Below, one piece after another: positions 19,601 to 27,793 of a stretch of DNA of 64,000 nucleotides (the first letter of the stretch is position 1; every line of letters begins with the position of its first letter). A program made the position numbers and the translations under genes. The notes under the pieces are model-generated. The model searched no databases, was not told the DNA's origin, and saw only the letters and a program-made list of their open reading frames with translations. Origin of the DNA: an uncultured Candidatus Saccharibacteria bacterium (GTDB lineage Bacteria; Patescibacteriota; Dojkabacteria; GCA-002793355); the NCBI GenBank assembly GCA_964525295.1, contig CAZGEO010000002.1, forward strand, positions 1,230-65,229, given 5' to 3'.

Positions 19601-20632
19601 TGGGTCGTATTAAGTGCATCACCAACTCTAGCGAGAATAAACTTTCAAGGGAACACCACAGGTTTACGTAATGGTAATAGCACGATAATTCAAGCACAAA
19701 ATCTCTGGTGGAATAGTGTCAATGGTCCCAATGATACGAGCAGTACCGGCCAGTGTCCACTTAATGTATCAACTGGCGATGCAGTAATCGATACCTCAAC
19801 AAATCCAGTTCTGTATTGCCCATTTGCAGTAACCAAATTTAACGCGAATTCATTGCCATCTGCTGCAGATACCTTGATTGATGGTGGAAATATTGTCGTA
19901 AATTTGACCGAGTCAACGACTACTTCAGTAACCTGCACTACCAATGTTATTGATGCTGATGGTTATACTGATATCGCGGGGGTAAATGCGATTTTATATA
20001 GAACATCACTCGGCGATAGTGGATCGAACAATGACAATTATCGGTACTCAGTTGCCTGTTCTGCAGGTTCTGGAAGTGGCACCTTACGTGCGTATTCATG
20101 CAACTTTACTGTTTGGTTTCATGCAGATCCGACAGATGCCTCTTCAGCAAATTCAGGTGATGATTGGACTTGCAAGGTAAGTCCTTACGATGCAGGTGGG
20201 GTTGGGGTAACTGATACAGATACCATTGAAATGGGATCGGTTATCGGAATTGAAGTCTCTAGTCATATTAATTATGGTAACCTAAACGGTGGCGACAATA
20301 CAGGAAGTACAAATATTACGAGTGCAATAGCTAATTCAGGAAACGTAGCAATCGATATTGAAATGTATGGTCAAGATATGTGTACAGACTTCCCAGCCTG
20401 TGCAGCTGGGGTCATTCCCGTTACTCGTCAGCAATATAATACTAGTTCGTTTAGCTATGGAGCTGGAACAGCATTAACTGCTTCACCAGTATTTATTCCT
20501 CTTAATATTGCAAAATCAACGGCTCATCCACCAAATCTGTCGAGTACACTATATTGGGGGCTAGGTATTCCTGCTGGTGCGCAAATGGGGGCATATACGG
20601 GGCAGAATACTTTTACAGCGTTGTTACATTAA
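16616..20632 (+). CDS. Giant secreted beta-helix repeat protein with a C-terminal WxL-like domain
   Basis: ~1339 aa from the ATG at 16616 (the longer ORF from 16553 overlaps the upstream gene). Signal peptide MMTFLGRLLRKRVVLFLIFL..VSA. Four ~209-aa modules with PbH1-like NxxGI turns. The C-terminus is homologous to that of the 551-aa protein. Confidence 0.7.
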   Translation: MMTFLGRLLRKRVVLFLIFLTFLVPGIEPVSAVNVTGTISTNTTWNTSGTPYVMTGNVTVASGVTLTIDGTAGLVEVRSGGNYRLTVNTGGTLIVTGTSANPVRFTHNTSTSLGAWGGVRVASGGTATVNYARMTYSSTSFMADGGTLVVNDSVLESNTNGLVVASTGNITTARNTFIKNTYPISLEWESTYSFGTGADADILGTDTNKNTYNVLAVGNYDPYGNNCPANVCTISQRTFAGIANIPYQVVPTTYFLDSADDLYIFDAGVIIKVASRLHFRQATRVQFNSSSGNNVIFTSIHDDTVGGDSNNNGTATSPAAGNWYGIVVQSSQAQTYSFCTIKYSIYGIYASAATANVLITDSIFDRNTDAVNATNGATIQTARNTFTRNDFAISVDWEATYNFGAGADVDIIGIGADSNKYNAIGVGNQDATVSDCPANSCVVQKKNFAGITNIPYMQTSTYYYITGNDDTTTIEPGVIIKSTGRMYIRGTSKLVAQGTVGEPIYFTSYRDDSIGGDSNNDSTTTTPAAGNWIGVIFENSVNQTVSNCVVRYAEHGITASGNTGLVTIQDNVFENNSYAVNSYSRAAISTARNTFKKNVFPVSMDWEAQVTFGQGANTDILGSGADKNTYKAISVGAYDNNNTDCIANQCTISQLTFAGISNIDYVLEPFIYYFNSADDVITFDPGVVIKMDGRVQVSNSVVFNFNGTSGSPVYFTSIHDDTIGGDIAENGSATVPARGDWYAWIFLGTTAVSFDNCVVKYGNVSVISGAASAVVYVTDNVFENNIYPVSANNNGVIHTARNVFRKNQAPVSLEWDSTLVPGTDSNADILGTGIDANDFNAIKVGAHDKNATNCPANTCTVSQLTFGGIQNIPYYATNEIVFEGTDDTLVFSPGVIMKFDGGSVTVRSGAKISIAGTSAGRVVFTSARDDSVGGDTNNNGSTNAPAKADWNSLNLQSGANSVAFVEVRYSRDGIYATGGTLSVSDADLTTNTNGMWVVLSASPTLARINFQGNTTGLRNGNSTIIQAQNLWWNSVNGPNDTSSTGQCPLNVSTGDAVIDTSTNPVLYCPFAVTKFNANSLPSAADTLIDGGNIVVNLTESTTTSVTCTTNVIDADGYTDIAGVNAILYRTSLGDSGSNNDNYRYSVACSAGSGSGTLRAYSCNFTVWFHADPTDASSANSGDDWTCKVSPYDAGGVGVTDTDTIEMGSVIGIEVSSHINYGNLNGGDNTGSTNITSAIANSGNVAIDIEMYGQDMCTDFPACAAGVIPVTRQQYNTSSFSYGAGTALTASPVFIPLNIAKSTAHPPNLSSTLYWGLGIPAGAQMGAYTGQNTFTALLH
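17132..19639 (+). repeat. Four in-frame tandem coding repeats of exactly 627 nt (209 aa) inside the giant beta-helix gene
   Basis: Modules begin ARNTFIKN (17132), ARNTFTRN (17759), ARNTFKKN (18386) and ARNVFRKN (19013). ~50% aa identity with a conserved CPAN-C, FAGI-NIPY, FTS-DD-GGD and AAGNW skeleton. Confidence 0.8.
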
Positions 20633-20646
20633 ACGCATAAACGTTT

Positions 20647-21483
20647 CTATTTCTGTTTGCGCAACATAATATAAATTCTGTTATGACTTGGAGAAAACGT
20701 AATTGTTTTAGAATAGTTATCTTCTTTCCAGGTCATCATTTTTGATTTTGCAGAATACTCATAATTTTCTTTTTTGTCGAATGCTGTAATGAATTTTTTC
20801 TCTAGAAAAGCGAATTCATCGACATCGTCTTTGCCATCTTTATCTTGGTCACCTGTGTTACTCACGGTAAAATATTGGGTATATTCTATTTCACCTCCCT
20901 TCTGATTAAGAAAACCGTAAGATTTTTCGTGTTCTGTCAGGTATGTTTTATCGGTGAGTGTATCTGGCATATTTTCAAAGTATCTTATGTTCTCAGTAAT
21001 TTCTGAAGTAACGTAAACTTGGAGATATGCGGTTTTTCCACTTCCATAGTGAGATGCGGTAATTTTGTATTGTCCTTTGGTACCCTTGACCATATCATCA
21101 TTGGGATATTCATCGGTTATTTGAGAATCAAAAAAAGATTTGTAATAGTTCAGAAACTCTTCTTTCGAGGCATCTGTATCGAATACAACGTTGAAGTATG
21201 CAAAATTCTTTTCTCCAAATATTGAACTATTTTTTGGATCATTATTCATAAAGAATTTGCTAGAAGAAATTTTTATGACTTTATAAAGTGGAACAGTTTC
21301 TTTTGGAAATTCTGCTAAAAGAAATTCATTTTCAATTGCGGTCGTTGTTTGTGTCGTAGCTGGAGTTTCTGATGTAGGCGTTTGTTTTTTCAATAGATTT
21401 GGCGCGAGAACGGGTGTAAGTAGCGCAAATAAAATGACGAGTGCAAGTATACTGCCAGTAATAATTTTCTGCTTTTGTGTCAT
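20647..21483 (-). CDS. Secreted/anchored hypothetical protein with one canonical EF-hand-like calcium-binding loop
   Basis: Start most plausibly at Met25 of the ORF (MTQKQKIITGSILALVILFALL signal anchor). A DQDKDGKDDVDE 12-residue loop lies near the C-terminus. Confidence 0.45.
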   Translation of the reverse strand: MTQKQKIITGSILALVILFALLTPVLAPNLLKKQTPTSETPATTQTTTAIENEFLLAEFPKETVPLYKVIKISSSKFFMNNDPKNSSIFGEKNFAYFNVVFDTDASKEEFLNYYKSFFDSQITDEYPNDDMVKGTKGQYKITASHYGSGKTAYLQVYVTSEITENIRYFENMPDTLTDKTYLTEHEKSYGFLNQKGGEIEYTQYFTVSNTGDQDKDGKDDVDEFAFLEKKFITAFDKKENYEYSAKSKMMTWKEDNYSKTITFSPSHNRIYIMLRKQK

Positions 21484-21545
21484 ATCGTATTGTACCAGAG
21501 CTTCGCGATAATGTGACAATTGAGGATTGTACGTTATAATTATGA

Positions 21546-22088
21546 ATGGAAACATTCTTTATATCAAAAACTGGAGCGCAATATCGATTAGGGAAATTGG
21601 AAGCGCGTGATATTCAAGCATTAAAAGAAATTTCTGAACAATGGGTGCGTAATCGTATTACAGGCGAAATTGTATTTTCAGAAATAGCTAGTATTGAGCA
21701 AAGAATGCTTAAAAGCTTAGAATCTGAGGAGTATCGTTACCTCGTTGTGCGAGATAGCAATGGAAAAGCGGTAGGGATGTGTGCAATTCGTGAGCCTGAA
21801 GAAGCAATGCAACAATACAAAAGTAATGAAAGTGCAGTAACCTTCGAACTGATTAATGTGTTTCTTGATAAGAATTTGCGTGGTCAAGGAGTTGGAAAGG
21901 CTTTATTAGAGTACATGTTTGAGGTAGCGAAATCTTTTGGCGCTGTTGAGGTTATTTGGAATAGTGGACCTCGTTATAAAAATTCTGCTTGGGAATTTTA
22001 CACACATCTTGTAGGTCAACCTTTTGCCATTGCTAAAGAATTTTACGGCGAAGGTGGCGATGCACCTGTTTGGCGGAAGATATTGTGA
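21546..22088 (+). CDS. GNAT family N-acetyltransferase
   Basis: 180 aa. Motif A LRGQGVGKALLEYMFEVAK (the R/QxxGxG/A acetyl-CoA loop). Confidence 0.8.
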   Translation: METFFISKTGAQYRLGKLEARDIQALKEISEQWVRNRITGEIVFSEIASIEQRMLKSLESEEYRYLVVRDSNGKAVGMCAIREPEEAMQQYKSNESAVTFELINVFLDKNLRGQGVGKALLEYMFEVAKSFGAVEVIWNSGPRYKNSAWEFYTHLVGQPFAIAKEFYGEGGDAPVWRKIL

Positions 22089-22096
22089 AAGTACTG

Positions 22097-22116
22097 TTTT
22101 GACGGTAGTGAGTGAG
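22097..22116 (+). repeat. Direct repeat copy 1 (TTTTGACGGTAGTGAGTGAG)
   Basis: 19 of 20 identical to the copy at 22357-22376, 260 bp away. The interval contains a 9-bp-stem hairpin (GGGAATATG/CATATTCCC) and an inverted AAATACGGGG/CCCCGTATTT pair. Confidence 0.6.
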
Positions 22117-22356
22117 CGGAATTAATAAATACGGGGAATATGGGTGCATATTCCCGAGATTCGCCCACCTCACGGCTTTACTCGGTGCCTCTGCTTGAGT
22201 TCAGCACGTTCCTCGACCCACGGTTGTTCGCATATGAAATCGTTCATATGCTCATTCAACCGTTTCTCATCCCACAATTCTTCCCTTTTTCAATTTCTCT
22301 CACTCGCCCCGTATTTTTCAATTTCGGTTCACGAGCGTAAACCGTTAAAACGAATG

Positions 22357-22376
22357 TTTTGACGTTAGTGAGTGAG
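22357..22376 (+). repeat. Direct repeat copy 2 (TTTTGACGTTAGTGAGTGAG)
   Basis: See copy 1. It lies immediately left of the element attL. Confidence 0.6.
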
Positions 22377-22390
22377 AGAAATTTGAAAAA

Positions 22391-22411
22391 CGGAGGGGGA
22401 GGGATTCGAAC
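22391..22411 (+). repeat. attL direct repeat (copy of the tRNA-Ser 3' end)
   Basis: Identical 21-mer to 32978-32998. The flanks diverge on both sides. Confidence 0.75.
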
Positions 22412-22439
22412 ACCCACCAAATTTCGGACTCGTTAATCT

Positions 22440-22453
22440 ATCCTTGCAAGGAT
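22440..22453. repeat. Perfect 14-bp palindrome ATCCTTGCAAGGAT just inside the element left end
   Basis: Self-complementary 14-mer 29 bp from the attL core. Possible recombinase arm site. Confidence 0.4.
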
Positions 22454-22753
22454 TTTACTTGGGCAGGATTACGCACACTTGTCACGAAATTTGCACTTGA
22501 TGTATTCAAAGGTTGTTAGGCGCGTTCCCGCTCTGCGTCGAATGCAAATTGTTGCATTCTCCTTGAGTTTCTCATCCCAACATAATAAATGTAGGTGTCT
22601 GCCACTGTTTACACAGTACCAAACACCTACACGGAAGTTCTGTTCGCTTGTTCGCAACCTCATTATATTTGATGGACAGGCACTTTTCAATGTTTTAGGA
22701 ATGATGAAATCAACCAATGAAAGAAATAATACTTTATTAATTAACCTGCATAT

Positions 22754-25027
22754 CTAATCGTCATTTGAAAAGTGGTTTTCTTTCGGATTTAAAAATAAAT
22801 CTACAATCTTCTTAGACTCTTCATCCAAATTTTTTAATTTTAAAACTTTTTCCTTTACGACATCATATTTGTAGAACACCTCGAAGTTCTTTTTTATAAA
22901 GTTTTGAGTCTTTTTATAGCTATAATCAGACATTCCCTGACTTCTTGTTGTAGAGATAAATGCTTTAATGATGTACTTTAAATTCTTTGGCTTTTCTGCA
23001 TTTTCAAGAAATTTGGATAAGTCGGTATTGTCTCCCCATTCTTTCCATGTAAACAAAATATAAGCTAAATCTTTATGCTCAATCAATATATTAAACTTTG
23101 CCTTATTGAGCTTTTCTACACATAGCGTTTGTAATTCGGTTATATTTGATGTATCTAAAATGAATTTTGATTCGTCTTTTGCTTCATCTTTCTTTGGAGT
23201 CTCTAAGGAAACAAATTTTATTGGGCCGATAATACCTTGTGATAGTGGGATAAGCTTACTAATAAGTTCATTGTTTGCCTTTTTGTCCTTTATGTTTTTA
23301 AGAAGATGAAAAATAACTCGTTGTAAATCCATGTCTATTCCAAAATCCCACATTGAATCTTCGGTTTCTGGCAAAATATCGGAGACATTAAATAATGCAA
23401 GAATTATATTTTCGTAGTTTGTAGAAGGTATTAATTCCGTATCCGAAGTGTATGAAAGCATCTTTTTAAGTAGCTTTCTAATTCTCTTACTTTCTATATA
23501 TTTTCTAATTTCTGTTTCAAAGTCCTTTTGAATATTTGCTAGACTAAAAATGTATTCAATCTCAAATTGAGAAATTTCCCCTTCATCTCCACCTGGTATA
23601 AGAGTGAAATATTGATCAAAACAACTTGTAGCACATATTCTAAGTGTTTTTTCCCATACCTCTTGCCATTCATGTCCATACGAAGTATTGCCAAACCCAT
23701 CTACATTACCTTTAACCTGAGGGAATAACTCAAAAATAATTTTTCTAGTGCTCTCTCTTTGTTCAAGAGAAACTTTATCAAAGGCAGACGATATTTTGCT
23801 TTTTCGTTCCTCTCTTGGTTTTGTACTTGAGCCAATATAATTTGATTCTGTGGTGGTAAACAAGATTTTTTCATATTTTAGAAAATTGTAAAACTCAGGA
23901 GCAAATATTCGTACAGATTCTAATGCAAAGAAATCAACAGGATTAATTTCTAAGATATTTTTATTAATTAATTGTTTTATTGAGAACTCTAACCCATTGA
24001 TAAACCTTTTAATATCCCTAATGGTTACAAAATAGTCTTTAAATCCTGAATTATAAATATTTGCCCAGTAGGAGTCTTTGTCGAAGTAAATAGATGATTT
24101 TTCAGGTAACAACGACAAGATTCTATCTAATTCCGAAAACAAATATTGATGTATTTTAGATTGGTGTCTTAATGGAAGATCTAAATTTACCTGTACTATT
24201 TTTTCTAAGTACTCTTTTCCATTCACCTTTAAATAGTCTCCAATACTATTTTCGATTATATCCTTATCGTAAGCTAACAAATAGATTGTATTAGGAAAGT
24301 TAGCATTTGCTCTAATAAGTCTGAATACTTCATTCATTTCAGCTGGAGTCAATCTATCAATGTCGTCAATTACAATAAGTAATTTCTTATCTCGGTTGTT
24401 TAAGTTCTTTTCAATAGAACTCTTTACTTCATCAATTGAATAACTTTTATCACTGACCTTTGCTTCAAAGTATGCAGATACTTTCCTGAAAAATGTCTTG
24501 ATAATCCCTAAAATTAGCAATATAAGTCCTACAATGAATAGTATGAGCGATACTTCTTTTGAATATGGGTTTAAGGATGAGATGATTCTATCTGCTGTAA
24601 TTCCAATAATTCCTATGAGGATTACAACAACTTGTTGAAAGCTTATGGTGTCCTCAACGGTGGGAATGATCTCTAAAAAACTAGCATATTTTTTAAACTG
24701 CTTTGCGAGTGCTAAATCTTTTTCATTTTCATTTTTTGACTCGAGTTGAGTAGAAATTTCGTTGAAAAACTTATTTGTAATATCTGCATTAGAGAATTCC
24801 CAAGGATTAAAGCTAATAAGCGTTGGCGTTTTTTCCTCTTGAAATAAAGATTCTTTAACAAGGTTGATTATTGAGGTTTTACCAGTACCCCATTTACCAT
24901 TTAATGATATAACTAGGCTTTCTTTGTTTTTCCATTCCTTTATTGCGTTTGATAGTGAATCGGAAAAATGACTTCTATTTAGTATGTCGTCATTTCTTTT
25001 TTCGATTGGTTGATCTGGTTTAAACAT
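22754..25027 (-). CDS. KAP-family P-loop NTPase
   Basis: 757 aa. N-terminal Walker A SLNGKWGTGKTS, an internal pair of TM helices interrupting the NTPase (a KAP hallmark), Walker B IVIDDID. Confidence 0.8.
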   Translation of the reverse strand: MFKPDQPIEKRNDDILNRSHFSDSLSNAIKEWKNKESLVISLNGKWGTGKTSIINLVKESLFQEEKTPTLISFNPWEFSNADITNKFFNEISTQLESKNENEKDLALAKQFKKYASFLEIIPTVEDTISFQQVVVILIGIIGITADRIISSLNPYSKEVSLILFIVGLILLILGIIKTFFRKVSAYFEAKVSDKSYSIDEVKSSIEKNLNNRDKKLLIVIDDIDRLTPAEMNEVFRLIRANANFPNTIYLLAYDKDIIENSIGDYLKVNGKEYLEKIVQVNLDLPLRHQSKIHQYLFSELDRILSLLPEKSSIYFDKDSYWANIYNSGFKDYFVTIRDIKRFINGLEFSIKQLINKNILEINPVDFFALESVRIFAPEFYNFLKYEKILFTTTESNYIGSSTKPREERKSKISSAFDKVSLEQRESTRKIIFELFPQVKGNVDGFGNTSYGHEWQEVWEKTLRICATSCFDQYFTLIPGGDEGEISQFEIEYIFSLANIQKDFETEIRKYIESKRIRKLLKKMLSYTSDTELIPSTNYENIILALFNVSDILPETEDSMWDFGIDMDLQRVIFHLLKNIKDKKANNELISKLIPLSQGIIGPIKFVSLETPKKDEAKDESKFILDTSNITELQTLCVEKLNKAKFNILIEHKDLAYILFTWKEWGDNTDLSKFLENAEKPKNLKYIIKAFISTTRSQGMSDYSYKKTQNFIKKNFEVFYKYDVVKEKVLKLKNLDEESKKIVDLFLNPKENHFSNDD

Positions 25028-25029
25028 AC

Positions 25030-26553
25030 TTAATCAAAATTCTTAATTGAATCTTCGTAAAGCCTATCAAATAAATTGCTGGTATGCATTATGTACTCTG
25101 GAATCTGAAACTTTCCATTTGTTAATTTTTCATATAAATCCTTTATTGTTTTATCTAAACTTTCTGAATAAATAAACGGGATTTTTTTAATATAATTCGC
25201 AGAGTTATTTGCAGTATGGTTAATGACCTTCAATAATTGAGTACAAATCTCCGAGTTAAGAAAAGTAAGTAAATATAAATAATGTTCATCATTCTCAGGA
25301 AAAATCCCCACGATTGATTGATCAAAAAGCCTATCTTTCAATTCAAACGCAAATAGTCTCGAGCCTTTTACCATTGGGATACCAATCCCTTTTTTAAAAT
25401 AATACTTTGAGTTTTGGAATCTAGCTTTTTTATCTTTTCTATAATAATCAACACTTGCTTTATTCCAATTTATAAACCACTCATTTTCTTTGACAAGATG
25501 TGATCCTCCACCTTTAAGGATTGGAATATATGAATTCTTGCCATTGATTCCATTAATATCAATTTCTTGATTGAACGATATTAAGTCTTTATCTACGGGA
25601 ATTAAGTCTTTTGCCCCTTTAACCGTATTTGAGATGGGCTTTAAATGCAATTTATTATCACCTGAATAAAAACCTGTGACACAATTAGCAATATCTCCAA
25701 CTTTTGTATGATAATTAGTAATGAAACTTCTAACTTTTTCATCACCTCCTATATAAAAAGACAAAGAGTCTGTTGTTTTTATATCATTTTGAAGTACAGA
25801 ATAATTACTATCTCCTTGATTCGAAGCTGTTTTTAACAAATTAATATCTTCGACTTTTGTTGAAACTGAAACGATTTTAATTCTATCTTCTTCAGTATTT
25901 GGTCTTTTAACTAAAGTGATTATACATAGGTTTGAATAACCAAAACTTACACCCGGAAAAAACTTTGATGGAATAAGTAGTATTTCTTCAATTGTTGTAC
26001 TGAATAACAATATTTTCCTTATCTTCTTATGGAGATTTAATGCTAGAAATGTATCTGGCACTATAAATACAAGCCTGCCATTCTCTCGAAGTAATGAGAT
26101 GCAACGTTCAAGGAATAGTGTATATGTTTCTTTGACATATCCACCATACTTTTTTTTGAGATTTGCTTTCTTTTTTTCATCTTGCCAAGCACCATACGGT
26201 GGATTTCCAATTATTTTTGTAAAGTATCCACCACTATTCGCATATAAGTCAAAAGTCAAATCAAACAAAGTATCAACTTCACGAATTTTTATACCTTTAT
26301 CTTGAAACTTTCTTTTCAGTTCTTTAACTGCTTTGGGGTTTAAATCAACTGCTTCGATGAATTCTGATGAAAAATCTTGAGATAATATTTTCTCAATAAA
26401 TAATCCATCTCCAGCACAAGGCTCTAGAATAACATCCTTTTTTACTAATTTCAGTTTGTCTACCATATAATCCAAGATAGGATCTGCATCCGTATAATAC
26501 GAACAGTATTCATATCTCTTTCTTGTTTTTCCGTTAATTATGTTGTCTACCAT
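25030..26553 (-). CDS. N6-adenine DNA methyltransferase (gamma-class, NPPY) with a C-terminal target-recognition region
   Basis: 507 aa. Motif I VILEPCAGDGLF, motif IV IIGNPPYG. Overlaps the upstream gene by 7 nt. Confidence 0.8.
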   Translation of the reverse strand: MVDNIINGKTRKRYEYCSYYTDADPILDYMVDKLKLVKKDVILEPCAGDGLFIEKILSQDFSSEFIEAVDLNPKAVKELKRKFQDKGIKIREVDTLFDLTFDLYANSGGYFTKIIGNPPYGAWQDEKKKANLKKKYGGYVKETYTLFLERCISLLRENGRLVFIVPDTFLALNLHKKIRKILLFSTTIEEILLIPSKFFPGVSFGYSNLCIITLVKRPNTEEDRIKIVSVSTKVEDINLLKTASNQGDSNYSVLQNDIKTTDSLSFYIGGDEKVRSFITNYHTKVGDIANCVTGFYSGDNKLHLKPISNTVKGAKDLIPVDKDLISFNQEIDINGINGKNSYIPILKGGGSHLVKENEWFINWNKASVDYYRKDKKARFQNSKYYFKKGIGIPMVKGSRLFAFELKDRLFDQSIVGIFPENDEHYLYLLTFLNSEICTQLLKVINHTANNSANYIKKIPFIYSESLDKTIKDLYEKLTNGKFQIPEYIMHTSNLFDRLYEDSIKNFD

Positions 26554-27476
26554 TCCAAATATTGCAGTAAGCTATTCTTTTTTAAATGGGAATACATTAC
26601 TGAGTCGAAATCCTTTTCCCAGTCAATAAAAGTATTCATCCAATTTGCTAAATTAAAGCCAGTTACTTCCTCAATTTTCTTGTATGTTTCTGTCCCACAA
26701 TAAACCGTCCAGAGCCCTGATCTTTTTAATGTTTGTAGATAATGGTTATTGTTTTCTTCACTTGCTCGTACAAATAGTAAACATTGATGACCTTCTTCAA
26801 GTATTTTGTATATACTTGCGACTAAAAGGAGTCGATTAGTATTGCCTTTTTCGTTTGAGCTAAAGCCACTCTTAAAGTCAACGACAAATTTATCCTGTCC
26901 GTTTTCAAAATGTAAATCAAGCTCAAGGCTTATTTCGCCAGATGTGACTAATGTCCAAACTTTTTGATAATATTTTCTTAATTCCGCCTTTTCTTCCTCA
27001 GTGATATTTAATGAGTCGATAAAATCATTTAGTTCTGCTGACAGTTTTATGCGGACATCATTGAAAAGTGGAGGAATAATATACTTAACATTCTGATTAA
27101 TTGGATTTTCCCAACATAATTGACAAAATGGCTCCCATAGTTCACCTATCCTTCTTGCAAATGTCATGTACTCGTATGGCCATACTTCATTTCGTGATTC
27201 CATCATTACTATGTAGTTTGTATATGTAATCAATAAGACACCTTCTAAAATTGCTTTTGAAGACCAATTCTCAGACTGGGCTTTTTGTTTTAGTGTTTTT
27301 ATTAAATTCTCCTTGCATGAAACTAATTCACTATTAATTGCTGAAGCCCGCAGTTTGTAGTCTTTTTCTCCATAGGTTTGCTTGATTTGAGATAGAAACT
27401 CTCTAGATCTGCTTCTAAAATATTCTAGAAGTTCAGTCTTTTTTGTTCGGATATTATTGTCTATTAGTTCAGACAT
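26547..27476 (-). CDS. Putative restriction endonuclease (PD-(D/E)xK-like) partner of the MTase
   Basis: 309 aa. Candidate ELDLH ... VVDFKSG catalytic residues. Sits between the C-protein gene and the MTase gene in a translationally coupled operon. Confidence 0.4.
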   Translation of the reverse strand: MSELIDNNIRTKKTELLEYFRSRSREFLSQIKQTYGEKDYKLRASAINSELVSCKENLIKTLKQKAQSENWSSKAILEGVLLITYTNYIVMMESRNEVWPYEYMTFARRIGELWEPFCQLCWENPINQNVKYIIPPLFNDVRIKLSAELNDFIDSLNITEEEKAELRKYYQKVWTLVTSGEISLELDLHFENGQDKFVVDFKSGFSSNEKGNTNRLLLVASIYKILEEGHQCLLFVRASEENNNHYLQTLKRSGLWTVYCGTETYKKIEEVTGFNLANWMNTFIDWEKDFDSVMYSHLKKNSLLQYLEW

Positions 27477-27477
27477 T

Positions 27478-27699
27478 TTATTTATATAATAATTTATCTA
27501 TTGTTACTTCCAAAGCTTCTGCAACTTTCATTATAAAGTTGATTGATGGCTTTTTTATTACCTCAGTTTCAACTTTTACTAGAGTAGTGAGTGGAATATC
27601 AGCCTTTCTTGCTAACGCTTCCTGCGACAAATCTTTTTCCTTTCGCCACTTCTTTATTTGCTCTGCAATATTAACTTTTTGCGTATGTCGTGTTTCCAT
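27478..27699 (-). CDS. XRE-family HTH regulator (R-M controller C-protein-like)
   Basis: 73 aa. LSQEALARKADIPLTTLVKVE helix-turn-helix. First gene of the R-M operon. Confidence 0.75.
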   Translation of the reverse strand: METRHTQKVNIAEQIKKWRKEKDLSQEALARKADIPLTTLVKVETEVIKKPSINFIMKVAEALEVTIDKLLYK

Positions 27700-27793
27700 T
27701 TATTGCAAGTCTATTAATGTTACTTTGTATAGTTTAGCATTCAAAAATTAAATCTACAAATAAAATGCTTGTATTCAAAATCTGCTCAGATTG

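Noticed and set aside
17132-19639. Possible CRISPR-like or satellite array suggested by strict 627-nt periodicity
   Set aside because: The units are long in-frame protein modules with only ~50% identity and no short spacer/repeat structure. No cas genes anywhere in the window.
22140-22362. 66- and 72-aa overlapping ORFs in the GNAT-attL intergenic island
   Set aside because: Two ORFs in different frames over the same DNA, atypical GC-rich composition, full of hairpins and repeats. Better explained as non-coding repeat or att-remnant sequence.
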